Assembly (NCBI GenBank): GCA_039586365.1
Contig: JBDHKN010000003.1
Span: 1 to 64,000 of the forward strand
Length of the DNA: 64,000 nucleotides
Direction: 5' to 3'
Origin: Gemmatimonadota bacterium
Lineage (GTDB): Bacteria; Gemmatimonadota; Gemmatimonadetes; Gemmatimonadales; GWC2-71-9
This document shows, piece by piece, positions 18,778 through 28,204 of this stretch. Under the pieces are notes generated by a model. That model was not told where the DNA came from and did no database searches. It was given only the letters and a program-made list of their open reading frames with translations. The position numbers and the translations under genes are program-made. The first letter of the stretch is position 1; every line of letters begins with the position of its first letter.

Positions 18778-21495
18778 TTACTCCGCGTTCAAAGTCTGCA
18801 CCGGATCCACCCGCAGTGCACTGCGGGCCGGAATCCATATCGCAACGAATGTTATCAGTACCATGAGTAGAACTGCAGCCACGAAGCTGGCTGGATCGCT
18901 GGCTGGCACTCCGTAAAGCAGGCTGGACAACACTCTAGTCGAGGCGAGTGCACCGCTCACTCCCAACAGCAGTCCCAGTGCGGTGAGCTTGATTCCCTGA
19001 CTCATGACCGTCGCATAGATGTCTCTATTGGTCGCGCCGAGAGCCATACGGATACCGATTTCCGGGACCCGCTGGGAAACGGCGTGACCCACTACTCCCG
19101 CCACACCGACCATGGCAAGCAGCAGAGCTATGCCGCCGAATATCAGTAGCAGTGTCGTGCGAAAGCGGGGCTCAGCCACGGTACGGCTTACTACCGAAGT
19201 CATCGTCTGCACGAAGTCGATGGTTACATTACCGTCTACCTCCCACACGGAATTCCTGGCCAGGTCGGCGAGTTCAGCCGGGTCGGCTTCCGTTCTGACG
19301 GTCAGCGTCATGACCCACCTGCGCCACGGATCGACTGCTTGTGCGTGAGCGAAGTAGATGGCCGGAACTCCTGCAGCAGCCAGGCTCGTCTGCCGCACGT
19401 CGCTCACAACACCGATCACTTCCCGCGAGATGTTGGGCAGGTAGTCGCGTGTCTCATATAGCGTGACGCGCTTCCCCAGCGGGTCTTCTCCGCGAAAGCC
19501 CAGCTCAGCGGTGGCTTCGCTGATCACTGCCACTGGTGGGGCAGCCTGGTCGTCCTGGGTCGCGAAGCCGCGGCCTCGCACCACGGATATCCCCATTGCC
19601 TGGAAATAGTCCGGAGTGACCACGCGCACCTCCAGACACCGTGGGCCGTCGTAGTCGGCCAGGTCGTCACGTGTGGGGAAGGGTCGGTCATCCCGCCATA
19701 CCAGCTCACAGTTTTGCCCGCCCCGCATCGGGAGGAAGTTGATGGCTCCTGCAGCGGTGACTCCGGGAAGGGACGCCAGCCGGTTCACGAGGTCTTGGTA
19801 CAGGTTGGTGACCTCTTCCGGCTCGGTGTAGGTGCCGGTCCGCGGATAGACGCGCAGGGTGAGGACGTTCTCCGGTTGGAATCCCGGCTCCACCTGTTGC
19901 AGGGTCCACAGGCTCCTGAGCAGCAGCCCGCTACCAGCCAACAGTACGAGAGCCAGAGCGATCTCGCCGATGACCAGACCGCCCCTCAGCCGCTGGCTCT
20001 TGCGGTCACCTGAAAGGCTGCGACCGCCGGTCTGAAGTGTCGCCGCGAGGTCGGAGCGCACTATCGGATATGCGGCCGCAAGACCGAAGATCAGCCCGCA
20101 AACAAGTGAGATACCTAGGGTGAAAGATAGGACGGTCCAATCGATACCGACTTCGCCCAGGCGTGGCAGGTCCTGCGCTCCGAGCGCCAAGAGAGAGTCG
20201 GTACCCAACCGCGCCACGGCTAAAGCCACCGCACCGCCGATCACAAAGAGCAGACACACCTCAGTGACGATCTGCCCAACGATGCGGCTGCGACCGGCGC
20301 CTAGGGCCGAGCGTAGGGCCACCTCGCGGCTCCGGGTCAGCGTGCGAGTGAGGAACAGATTCGCCACGTTGGCGCAGGCGATGAGGAGCACCAATCCGAC
20401 TGCGCCGAGCAGGACTAGGATTGCGGTCTCCACACTCCCGACCATCCAATCCTTTGCCACCATTAGCCGTGCACCATCGTCGGTGTGGCTCTCGGGGTAC
20501 GCTCTTCTGAAGTTGGCCCAGATGCGGTCCACGTCGGCCTGTGCCTGCTCCAGCGTGACGCCCTCCGCCAGCTTTCCTATAGCCCTCCAACTGTGGTTGA
20601 TTCGGGCGAGCTGCGTGGCGTCCCACTCGGGGGGGCGCGAGCGCCACATCAGGGGCTCGTCGCCAAACGGATCCACGAACTGCTGCGGGGCCACTCCCAC
20701 TACCGAGTAGCGAACCCCGTCCAAATCCAAAGTCTCACGCAGGACCTCCGGATCGCCCCCGAACCGTTGCTGCCAAAAGCCGTAGCTCAGGACTACGACC
20801 GGCTCATGGCCCAACTTCTCCTCTTCCGGTAGGAAGAAGCGACCAACCGCGGGTCGGACGCCGAAGATCCGGAAGTAGCACGCGGAGACAGACTGGCTGA
20901 ATACCCTGGTAGGCTCTCCGGTGCCGTAGAGGATAGGGTCCCACCATTGAACCACCGAGACGTCGGCGAATGCTCCACTTGTCGCTCTGATGTCCTCGAT
21001 CTCGGGGTAGGCGAGCCAGACATTGCGCAGGGTCAGCTGGTCGTCTCGGGTCCCGAGGATCTGTACAACCCGGTCTGGCTCGTCGTATGGCAGAGGTTGA
21101 AACAGCACGCCGTTGGCGACACTGAAAATGGCGGTGTTGGTGCCGATCCCTAGGGCGAGTGAAGCAAGTGCGACCACGGTGAATCCCGGCCGCTTCACGA
21201 AACTGCGTAGGGCGAAGCGGATGTCTTGAATGAGCATACCCATAAGACTGCCTTTTCTCTTGAGACCGCGAAGTCTGGGCCCGGGCCCAAGCGCTGAGAT
21301 TCGCTCGAGTAGCCCTGCAAGTGTGAAGTCGCACAGGCTGGAGACGCGCCCAATGAAAGACCTCCAGCGGCCAGCCTTGGCCGCCTCGAGCAGATCCAGC
21401 TCCAGTTGCCGTAGCGCTTCGCTCCCGTATTTGCGTCTGAAGTGAGCTGGGTAGAGGAGCAGCAGTAGGTGAAACGCCTGTCGTCGCGGTATCAC
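18778..21495 (-). CDS. ADOP-type duplicated ABC transporter permease
   Basis: LLYPAHFRRKYG.E N-terminal extension, PGFTVVALASLALGIGTNTAIFS, LLIACANVANL, EIGIRMALGA. Confidence 0.95.
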   Translation of the reverse strand: MIPRRQAFHLLLLLYPAHFRRKYGSEALRQLELDLLEAAKAGRWRSFIGRVSSLCDFTLAGLLERISALGPGPRLRGLKRKGSLMGMLIQDIRFALRSFVKRPGFTVVALASLALGIGTNTAIFSVANGVLFQPLPYDEPDRVVQILGTRDDQLTLRNVWLAYPEIEDIRATSGAFADVSVVQWWDPILYGTGEPTRVFSQSVSACYFRIFGVRPAVGRFFLPEEEKLGHEPVVVLSYGFWQQRFGGDPEVLRETLDLDGVRYSVVGVAPQQFVDPFGDEPLMWRSRPPEWDATQLARINHSWRAIGKLAEGVTLEQAQADVDRIWANFRRAYPESHTDDGARLMVAKDWMVGSVETAILVLLGAVGLVLLIACANVANLFLTRTLTRSREVALRSALGAGRSRIVGQIVTEVCLLFVIGGAVALAVARLGTDSLLALGAQDLPRLGEVGIDWTVLSFTLGISLVCGLIFGLAAAYPIVRSDLAATLQTGGRSLSGDRKSQRLRGGLVIGEIALALVLLAGSGLLLRSLWTLQQVEPGFQPENVLTLRVYPRTGTYTEPEEVTNLYQDLVNRLASLPGVTAAGAINFLPMRGGQNCELVWRDDRPFPTRDDLADYDGPRCLEVRVVTPDYFQAMGISVVRGRGFATQDDQAAPPVAVISEATAELGFRGEDPLGKRVTLYETRDYLPNISREVIGVVSDVRQTSLAAAGVPAIYFAHAQAVDPWRRWVMTLTVRTEADPAELADLARNSVWEVDGNVTIDFVQTMTSVVSRTVAEPRFRTTLLLIFGGIALLLAMVGVAGVVGHAVSQRVPEIGIRMALGATNRDIYATVMSQGIKLTALGLLLGVSGALASTRVLSSLLYGVPASDPASFVAAVLLMVLITFVAIWIPARSALRVDPVQTLNAE

Positions 21496-21508
21496 GGCAA
21501 CCTACTGA

Positions 21509-21874
21509 CTACCCGACCAACCGGCTGGCCCGTGCGATGCGCACGAGGTCTGCAAGGCGCTCGGTCTCGGCGTGGGCCGCCTGGCGACCGAGACCCGTCA
21601 GGCGATAGTAGCTGCGTCGCTCGTCGTCCAACGCAGGGTCCGGTCGCTGGTTCGACTCCTCGATGAGACCCAGATCCACCAGTTGCCTGATCGACCGGTA
21701 CAGCGTTCCCGCTCCCAGCTTCACTCGGCCGTCAGTGCGGCGGAGGACCTCCTTCTTGAGGGCGTAACCGTGCAGATCGCCTTCGGTCAGAGCCAGCAGT
21801 ATCAGGTACAGGGCCGGCTTGAGCGGCAGCAGGTCATCGACATCTCGGGTCTTCGTCTTTCGCACCGTGCTCAC
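21509..21874 (-). CDS. PadR family transcriptional regulator
   Basis: LPLKPA.YLILLAL..GDLHGY, LGAGTLYRSI, RRSYYRLT..G. Confidence 0.93.
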   Translation of the reverse strand: MSTVRKTKTRDVDDLLPLKPALYLILLALTEGDLHGYALKKEVLRRTDGRVKLGAGTLYRSIRQLVDLGLIEESNQRPDPALDDERRSYYRLTGLGRQAAHAETERLADLVRIARASRLVG

Positions 21875-21922
21875 TCCGGTGAACGGTCATACGGTTGCGG
21901 GTTCCAGCTCCCGACCAAGCAG

Positions 21923-21942
21923 ATAGTACAATATTGTACTAT
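21923..21942. promoter_or_regulatory. Perfect 20-bp palindrome ATAGTACAATATTGTACTAT, likely PadR operator
   Basis: Perfect inverted repeat in an AT-rich patch about 50 bp upstream of padR. Confidence 0.7.
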
Positions 21943-22162
21943 TAATACCATATTATACAAGTGGTGTCATTGATCCACAAGGTCGGGTTTGTCGCAGATC
22001 GCCCGTCCACGGCTGGGGGGACTATCCTTGGCTCAGCGTTGATCCGCAAACTGGAGTGTTCAGCTCCTTCTCAGACGTTGCTGGGTTGTTGACCCCGACG
22101 CAGTTACGTGGGTACCTGAACAGCATGAATTCCTGGTGTAACATCGACGCGCAATCCAGGCG

Positions 22163-22633
22163 TCATGTGGCGGGAATGACCTGGGGTGTGAGCATCCAGC
22201 CCACGCGCCACGCCTCGCTGTCTTCTTTCGTGAGACAGACGATGCCGCCCATCCTGAACCTCACGGTCAGTTGCTCGGGATCACCCGTCAGGAGCAGCGA
22301 ACACAGCCGGCTCATATGGGGCAGGTGACCGACCAGCATTGCCGGCAACTGCAGCGAGTCGAGCGCGGCGGCAACCGTAGCTGGATCGTCGTTGGGAGAG
22401 AGGCCATCGAGAACCGCCGGTTCCTGTGCGACTTGCAGCTCGGCGGCAATGATCTCAGCGGTCTGTTGAGCGCGCAGCTTCCCCGAGTGAAAAATGGCTG
22501 AAACGGCTACGCCTGCGGCGTGTACGGCTCGGGCTACTCGTAGCACGTCGGCGCGGCCACGCTCTGCGAGTGGCCGTGCAGGATTCGCTTCCTTCGGCGT
22601 CGCCTCCCCATGTTGAACGAGATAGAGTTCCAT
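22163..22633 (-). CDS. sixA: Phosphohistidine phosphatase SixA
   Basis: LYLVQHGEA, RPL..RG, HSGKLRAQQTA, MLVGHLPH. Confidence 0.9.
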   Translation of the reverse strand: MELYLVQHGEATPKEANPARPLAERGRADVLRVARAVHAAGVAVSAIFHSGKLRAQQTAEIIAAELQVAQEPAVLDGLSPNDDPATVAAALDSLQLPAMLVGHLPHMSRLCSLLLTGDPEQLTVRFRMGGIVCLTKEDSEAWRVGWMLTPQVIPAT

Positions 22634-22828
22634 GAGCTAGCACCTCCCCGATTGGCAAGGGTGGCGCACCTGGTGCTGCACGTCAAGGCTCGAGAGGCTC
22701 GATTCTGGCCGATCTCGCCAGCGATCCATAGCTTATTGATGGGGCCAAAGGGGAGCCTCTTCTATGGCTGACCCGCTGGATCCTCTCAAGGTTGCGGACC
22801 TTCTTCACTCCCGGAAAGGGAGGGATTC

Positions 22829-25600
22829 ATGTTTGACCGAAAGCTGCTCCTGCGGTGTCTCTTACCCGTCCTTCTAGGCACTCTACCGCTTCTCGTTTCC
22901 TGCAACAGCGAGGTCACCACTCCCGAAGAGCAATTTGGTCACGCCATCGGTGCTGACTACATCCTTCTCTCCTACACGCAGTTGGTGGATTACTGGCAAA
23001 CACTCGCGGCTGAGTCCGATCGCATGACTCTGGTTGACATAGGGAAGACCGCCGAGGGACAAACCATGTGGATGGCGATAATCACGTCACCCGACAACCA
23101 CAGGAGGCTCGAGCGGTACAGAGACATCTCGAGACGGCTTGCATTAGCCGAAGCACTGACCGACGAGGAGGCACGAGTGCTGGCCCAGGAAGGGAAAGCC
23201 GTCGTATGGATAGACGGGGGTACGCACTCGTCTGAGATAGTGAACCACCAGACTGAATTCGAGCTAGTGTATCAGATGGTGAGCCGTAACGATCCCGAGG
23301 TACTACAGTTCTTGGATGATGTCATCCTGCTCACTCTCGTCACAAACCCAGATGGCATGAATTTGGTCGCGGATTGGTACATGGGAGATCCCCAGAACCG
23401 GAATCCGTGGCGACTGCCCGAGTTGTTCCACAAGTACATCGGCGGTGATACCAACCGAGACCACTACATGTCGAACCAGCCGGAGACCGAGAACATCAAT
23501 CGGGTGCTCTACCGGGAGTGGTTCCCCCAGATTGTCTACAACCAGCATCAAACCGGGCCCGGCGGCGCCGTCCTGTTCGTGCCGCCGTTTCGCGATCCTT
23601 TCAACTACGACTACGACCCTCTGGTGGTGAATGGAATCGAATTGGTTGGTGCTGCAATTCAGAGCCGTTATCTGGCCGAGGGTAAACCCGGAGCTGGAAG
23701 CAGGGAAATGGCGAGCTATTCGACGTGGTGGGAAGGGTGTTTGCGGTGCAACACATACTTCCACAACGCAATCGGGATCCTGACTGAGATAAACGGGAGC
23801 CCGACGCCCATGGAGATCACGTTCATCCCAGATAACCAACTGGCGCGTAACGACCTTCCTTTTCCAATTGCACCGCAGGAATGGCATTTTCGTCAGGCGA
23901 TTGACTACATACAGTCAGCCAACTTCGCTATCCTCGACGTGGCGTCCAAGCTCCGCGAGGATTTCCTGTTCAATCGCTACGTGATGGGCAGGAACTCCAT
24001 TGAAAAAGGGAACCGCGACAACTGGACCATCACCCCTGACAGGATTGCCGCGGTGCAAGCGGCGCTGGAGCGAGATGGAGCGGAGCTTGCGCCAATCGCT
24101 AGGGGGGGGTCCGGCAGGGATCGTGGCTATCCGGTCGAATACTATCACCAAGTCCTGCGTGCACCGGAATTCCGGGATGCCAGAGGCTACATCATTTCGT
24201 CAGACCAGCCCGACTTCTTGACCGCCACCAAATTTGTGAACGTGCTCATCAAGAGCGGGATCTTCGTCCATAGAGCCAGCCAGTCCTTCGAGGTCGCGGG
24301 GAAATCCTATCCTGAGGGTTCCTACGTCGTTCAGGCTGCGCAGGCTTTTCGCCCACACGTCCGCTCGATGTTTGAACCACAAGACCATCCTGACGACGTC
24401 GAGTATCCAGGCGGGCCACCCAAGCCGCCATATGACGCTGCCGGTTGGACCCTGGCCTATCAGATGGGAGTGGAGTTCGACAAGGTCTTCGACGGTTTTG
24501 ATGGGCCGTTTGAGCTGATTGAGGGTCTTGCCGAGCCCGCGGCGGGTACCGTGGCGAATCCCACTGCACCCGGCTTTCTGTTGAGCCATCAGGTGAACGA
24601 TGCCTTCATCGCAGTCAATCGCTTGCTCGCAAGCGGTGAGGACGTGTACTGGCTGAGAGACGCAGTGCAGCAAGAGGGGCGAGCTTATCCTGCTGGGACC
24701 ATGTACATCCCAGCAAAGGAGTCTACAGTGCCTCTGCTGCTTGAGATGGCTGAGCAGGTCGGCCTGGACTTTGTGGGTGTCGGCTCCGCCCCACAGGGGG
24801 AAGCATACCGGTTGAGACCGGTACGCGTAGGACTGTATGACGAGTATGGCGGATCAAGGACCTCCGGATGGACACGATGGCTGTTGGAGCAATTCGAGTT
24901 CCCCTATGAAGTGATCTACCCGCAGGCGCTAGACACAGGCAACCTCAACGATCGATTCGATGTGCTGATCTTCGAGTCGGGAGCCGTGTCGCCGGAACTG
25001 GATCGAGCTGGCAACGTTCGCAGCCAGACCGACCAGCCCGATCCCCAGAGCGTTCCAGAGCGCTACCGGGAGCGGCTTGGTCTCATTTCACAGGATCGCA
25101 CTATCCCGCAGCTCCGTGATTTCCTCAACGCTGGTGGCACCATTCTGGGAATCGGGACCTCGGCAAGCCTTGGCTATCACTTCAGTCTTCCGATTGCGGA
25201 TGCCCTCGTGGACAGAGCGTCAGGGGCACCGCTTCCTATGGAGAGGTACTGGGCACCTGGCTCGGTTCATCGGGTCCGCGTGGACAACTCGAATCCGCTC
25301 GCATACGGCATGTCGGAACATCTGGACGTGTACTTCGACAAGAATCCGGTGTTCCGACTGGAACCCAGAGCAGGCGTGCGCAGAGTGGCGTGGTTCGATA
25401 GTGCTGAGACACTGCGGAGTGGTTGGGCACTAGGAGAGGAGTACCACAGGGGCGGTGTGACAGTAATCGAGGCTGATATGGGTGGAGGCAAGCTGTTCCT
25501 GTTTACTCCTTTGATCACTTTCCGTGGCCAACCCCACGGTACTTTCAAGTTCCTGTTCAATGGCATCTTCTATGGAGGAGCAGAAGTCGCAGATCTCTGA
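22829..25600 (+). CDS. M14 zinc carboxypeptidase family lipoprotein
   Basis: Lipobox LVSC, DGGTHSSE (HxxE), NPDG, DTNRD, NQHQ, C-terminal GATase-like domain. Confidence 0.9.
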   Translation: MFDRKLLLRCLLPVLLGTLPLLVSCNSEVTTPEEQFGHAIGADYILLSYTQLVDYWQTLAAESDRMTLVDIGKTAEGQTMWMAIITSPDNHRRLERYRDISRRLALAEALTDEEARVLAQEGKAVVWIDGGTHSSEIVNHQTEFELVYQMVSRNDPEVLQFLDDVILLTLVTNPDGMNLVADWYMGDPQNRNPWRLPELFHKYIGGDTNRDHYMSNQPETENINRVLYREWFPQIVYNQHQTGPGGAVLFVPPFRDPFNYDYDPLVVNGIELVGAAIQSRYLAEGKPGAGSREMASYSTWWEGCLRCNTYFHNAIGILTEINGSPTPMEITFIPDNQLARNDLPFPIAPQEWHFRQAIDYIQSANFAILDVASKLREDFLFNRYVMGRNSIEKGNRDNWTITPDRIAAVQAALERDGAELAPIARGGSGRDRGYPVEYYHQVLRAPEFRDARGYIISSDQPDFLTATKFVNVLIKSGIFVHRASQSFEVAGKSYPEGSYVVQAAQAFRPHVRSMFEPQDHPDDVEYPGGPPKPPYDAAGWTLAYQMGVEFDKVFDGFDGPFELIEGLAEPAAGTVANPTAPGFLLSHQVNDAFIAVNRLLASGEDVYWLRDAVQQEGRAYPAGTMYIPAKESTVPLLLEMAEQVGLDFVGVGSAPQGEAYRLRPVRVGLYDEYGGSRTSGWTRWLLEQFEFPYEVIYPQALDTGNLNDRFDVLIFESGAVSPELDRAGNVRSQTDQPDPQSVPERYRERLGLISQDRTIPQLRDFLNAGGTILGIGTSASLGYHFSLPIADALVDRASGAPLPMERYWAPGSVHRVRVDNSNPLAYGMSEHLDVYFDKNPVFRLEPRAGVRRVAWFDSAETLRSGWALGEEYHRGGVTVIEADMGGGKLFLFTPLITFRGQPHGTFKFLFNGIFYGGAEVADL

Positions 25601-25687
25601 CGCGCCATACGTTCAGTCACTGACGCCACCCGGTACCCAAGGCTGTCTCACTCGCCTCCGCGCCGGGTGGGACCTGGAATTGCGGAC

Positions 25688-25715
25688 GGCGGACGGAGTA
25701 ATTTTCCCGTCCGCC
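25688..25715. terminator. Hairpin between convergent genes (possible bidirectional terminator)
   Basis: GGCGGACGG...CCGTCCGCC 9-bp stem. Confidence 0.5.
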
Positions 25716-25755
25716 GGTCCGTCGTACGGAGGCTCACCATCCTCCACCATGCCGT

Positions 25756-27369
25756 TCACTCCGTTCCGTACAACTCTCTCCACTCCTCCTCGAACTCGTG
25801 CCCCGGCACCCAGCGAGGCTGCTCATCTGCATTGGCCACGCGGAGCGCGGTCTCGAACAGGATACGCATGTCCCGCCCGCATCCAGCGAGGTCCCACGCG
25901 CTAGTTATCTCATCGGTCACCTGGTGATAGTTGGCTTGCTGGTACGCTGCGGGATCGAAGTTCAGCGTCTCGACGTAGTCGGTGCCGCGCTGTAGGTAGA
26001 GCGCAGGTATTCCGACCTTGGCGAAGCTCACCTGGTCGGAACGGTAGAAACTGCCAGCGTTGGGATTGGGGTCGCCCGTTGCCTCCAAACCATGCTCTGC
26101 TGCTACTGCCCTGAAGATCTCACCCAGCGTGTTCATCTCAATCCCGATCGCCGCGACGTCGTGCGTGATGCCGAACACCTGTGGCGAATCCACGTTGAAG
26201 TTGGCGACGATCTGTGAGCGCGGTACGGGTGGACTCTCGACGAATGCGCTGCTACCCAGTATGCCACCCTCTTCGGCAGTTACCGTGACGAACATGAGCG
26301 AGCGACGAGGCTGGGCTTTCATGAATGCCTCGGCGGCTGCGGTTATCGCCGCCACACCAAGCGCGTTGTCCAGTGCGCCGTTGTAGACCTTGTCGTCACC
26401 CGGCAGATCAGCGTTCATGCCGAGGTGATCGTGATGGGCAGTGAACACGATGTACTCATCGGCCAGCGCTGGATCGCTGCCCCGGAGCACTCCTGCCACG
26501 TTGTGAGCCTGAACCCGCTCTATGGCCGTTTCGATGTGAGTGGTCAGTAGGTAGCCAGTATCGATGGGGCGGAAGTCGCGCTGAGCTGCCATCTCGAACA
26601 GGCCAGGCAGGTTCGTGCCCATCGAAGCTGCGATCGTCTCAGACAGAGTCGAGTCAATCCAAGAAAGGAAGTCCAACTGGTAGGTCCGCTGCCAGATCTG
26701 ACGCGAGCCCGTGTTGCCGATCACGCTGAATTGGTAACTCGCCGACTCGGTTGTATGGATGACGATCGCACCCGCGGCGCCATGCTTCTGGGCCTGCTCG
26801 AACTTGTAGGTCCAGCGGCCGTAGTAAGTGCGAGCAGATCCGCCGAACAGCTCTGCGCCGTCTTCCTCCACCGGCGGATCATCGTTCAGAAACAACAGCA
26901 CCCTGCCGCGCATGTCCTCACCCTTGAAGTCATCCCAATCGTATTCGGGGGCCTCGACCCCGTAGCCTACGAACACGATTGGTGCGTTCCGCAGATTGAC
27001 GACTTCCTCTTCTGCAGTCGACCAGTAGGTGACGTTCCGGTCGTTCTCGAGTGGTAGCTGGCCGCCGGGACCCCGGATCGCGAGCGATGAGCGCTCAGCG
27101 TCCTTCCTCATCCCAACCAACTCCACGGGGAGCAGGAACGAGTCGCCTGCGGGCTCCAGACCGATCTGCTCGAAGCGTTGCGCTATGAACGCGGTTGCGC
27201 GCGCTTCGCCCTGCGATCCGGCACTGCGTCCCTCCATGCTGTCTGCAGACAGCACTTCCACGTCAGCAAGGATGCCGTCGGCAGCTATGCGATCTGCTGG
27301 ATCCGGTCCACACCCGAACACGGCGAAGGATAGAGCAAGTCCTATGGCTGCAACGAAACTTCTCTGCAT
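25756..27369 (-). CDS. M28 family metallopeptidase (PA domain) lipoprotein
   Basis: TAHHDHLG, NGALDNALG, TAEEGG, FYRSDQ..FAK.GIP, YHQVTDE. Confidence 0.93.
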   Translation of the reverse strand: MQRSFVAAIGLALSFAVFGCGPDPADRIAADGILADVEVLSADSMEGRSAGSQGEARATAFIAQRFEQIGLEPAGDSFLLPVELVGMRKDAERSSLAIRGPGGQLPLENDRNVTYWSTAEEEVVNLRNAPIVFVGYGVEAPEYDWDDFKGEDMRGRVLLFLNDDPPVEEDGAELFGGSARTYYGRWTYKFEQAQKHGAAGAIVIHTTESASYQFSVIGNTGSRQIWQRTYQLDFLSWIDSTLSETIAASMGTNLPGLFEMAAQRDFRPIDTGYLLTTHIETAIERVQAHNVAGVLRGSDPALADEYIVFTAHHDHLGMNADLPGDDKVYNGALDNALGVAAITAAAEAFMKAQPRRSLMFVTVTAEEGGILGSSAFVESPPVPRSQIVANFNVDSPQVFGITHDVAAIGIEMNTLGEIFRAVAAEHGLEATGDPNPNAGSFYRSDQVSFAKVGIPALYLQRGTDYVETLNFDPAAYQQANYHQVTDEITSAWDLAGCGRDMRILFETALRVANADEQPRWVPGHEFEEEWRELYGTE

Positions 27370-27685
27370 GATCGAGGCCTCATCTTGAGTCTGGGTTGAT
27401 CTAGGTACGCCGTGGGAATCGGCTGGTTCGCGCCGAAAGCTACACGATCTGCGCTCTTGGCTCTATAGTACTCGCGGGCGCTTGTGAGGTACCGCTTGTC
27501 CGTCGGCCGGTGTGAAAAAGACCCAGAGGTGACTAGCGACGCTCCCTGCCGAGACTGGAGACTGGCGCATGGGGGCAGTTCGATGAATCTAAATAGCGTT
27601 ACGTGGTGCCAGGCTACAGCGGCGCAGGTGATCGGGGGATTGAAATCCGGTGCGAGGCGGTGAACATTGAGTCTGTTGGACGACC

Positions 27686-28204
27686 ATGAATGCTCCAGCG
27701 GTTGATATGCGGGTGGCCGTGAACGGCTCGCTCGTCTGTGTGAAGATCGGCGGAAGGGCTTGTTTCGAGGCCGGTCCGAGCTTCAAGACACTCACGGACG
27801 AACTGTGTCAGCGGGGTCAAACGCAGTTTCTGTTTGATCTCACGGAATGTCAGCAGATGGACAGCACGTTGCTCGGGCTGATGGCGGGACTGGCCATAAG
27901 ACTCGCCCCGACAAGTGCGCCCGCCGCCGATTGCCCGGTGAAGTTGCTCAATGTAAATGAACGGATCGCGGGACTACTTGAGAGCGTCGGCGTAGACCAC
28001 TTGTTCACAATCCTGAGTGACCTCCCATTGGACGAAGTGGGCTGGGAGGTCCTGCGGGCTGATGCAGGTGCCGGACGGGAAGAACTCGCCCGGGCCAGCC
28101 TCGAAGCACATCGGACCTTGATGGAGCTTGATCCGGGCAACGTTCCCAAATTCAAAGACGTGGCCCAGTTCCTGGCCGAGGATCTGAAAAAGATGCAGGG
28201 ATAG
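27686..28204 (+). CDS. STAS domain anti-sigma-factor antagonist
   Basis: FDLTECQQMDSTLLG (phosphoacceptor DS), LLESVGVDHL, C-terminal LEAHRTLMEL...N..KFKDV. Confidence 0.88.
   Translation: MNAPAVDMRVAVNGSLVCVKIGGRACFEAGPSFKTLTDELCQRGQTQFLFDLTECQQMDSTLLGLMAGLAIRLAPTSAPAADCPVKLLNVNERIAGLLESVGVDHLFTILSDLPLDEVGWEVLRADAGAGREELARASLEAHRTLMELDPGNVPKFKDVAQFLAEDLKKMQG

Noticed and set aside
27600..27670. Cobalamin riboswitch-like words (GGTGCC...AATCCGGTGCGA)
   Set aside because: Lacks the AGGGAA and CCCGC-ACTGT core elements, and the downstream gene is unrelated to B12.
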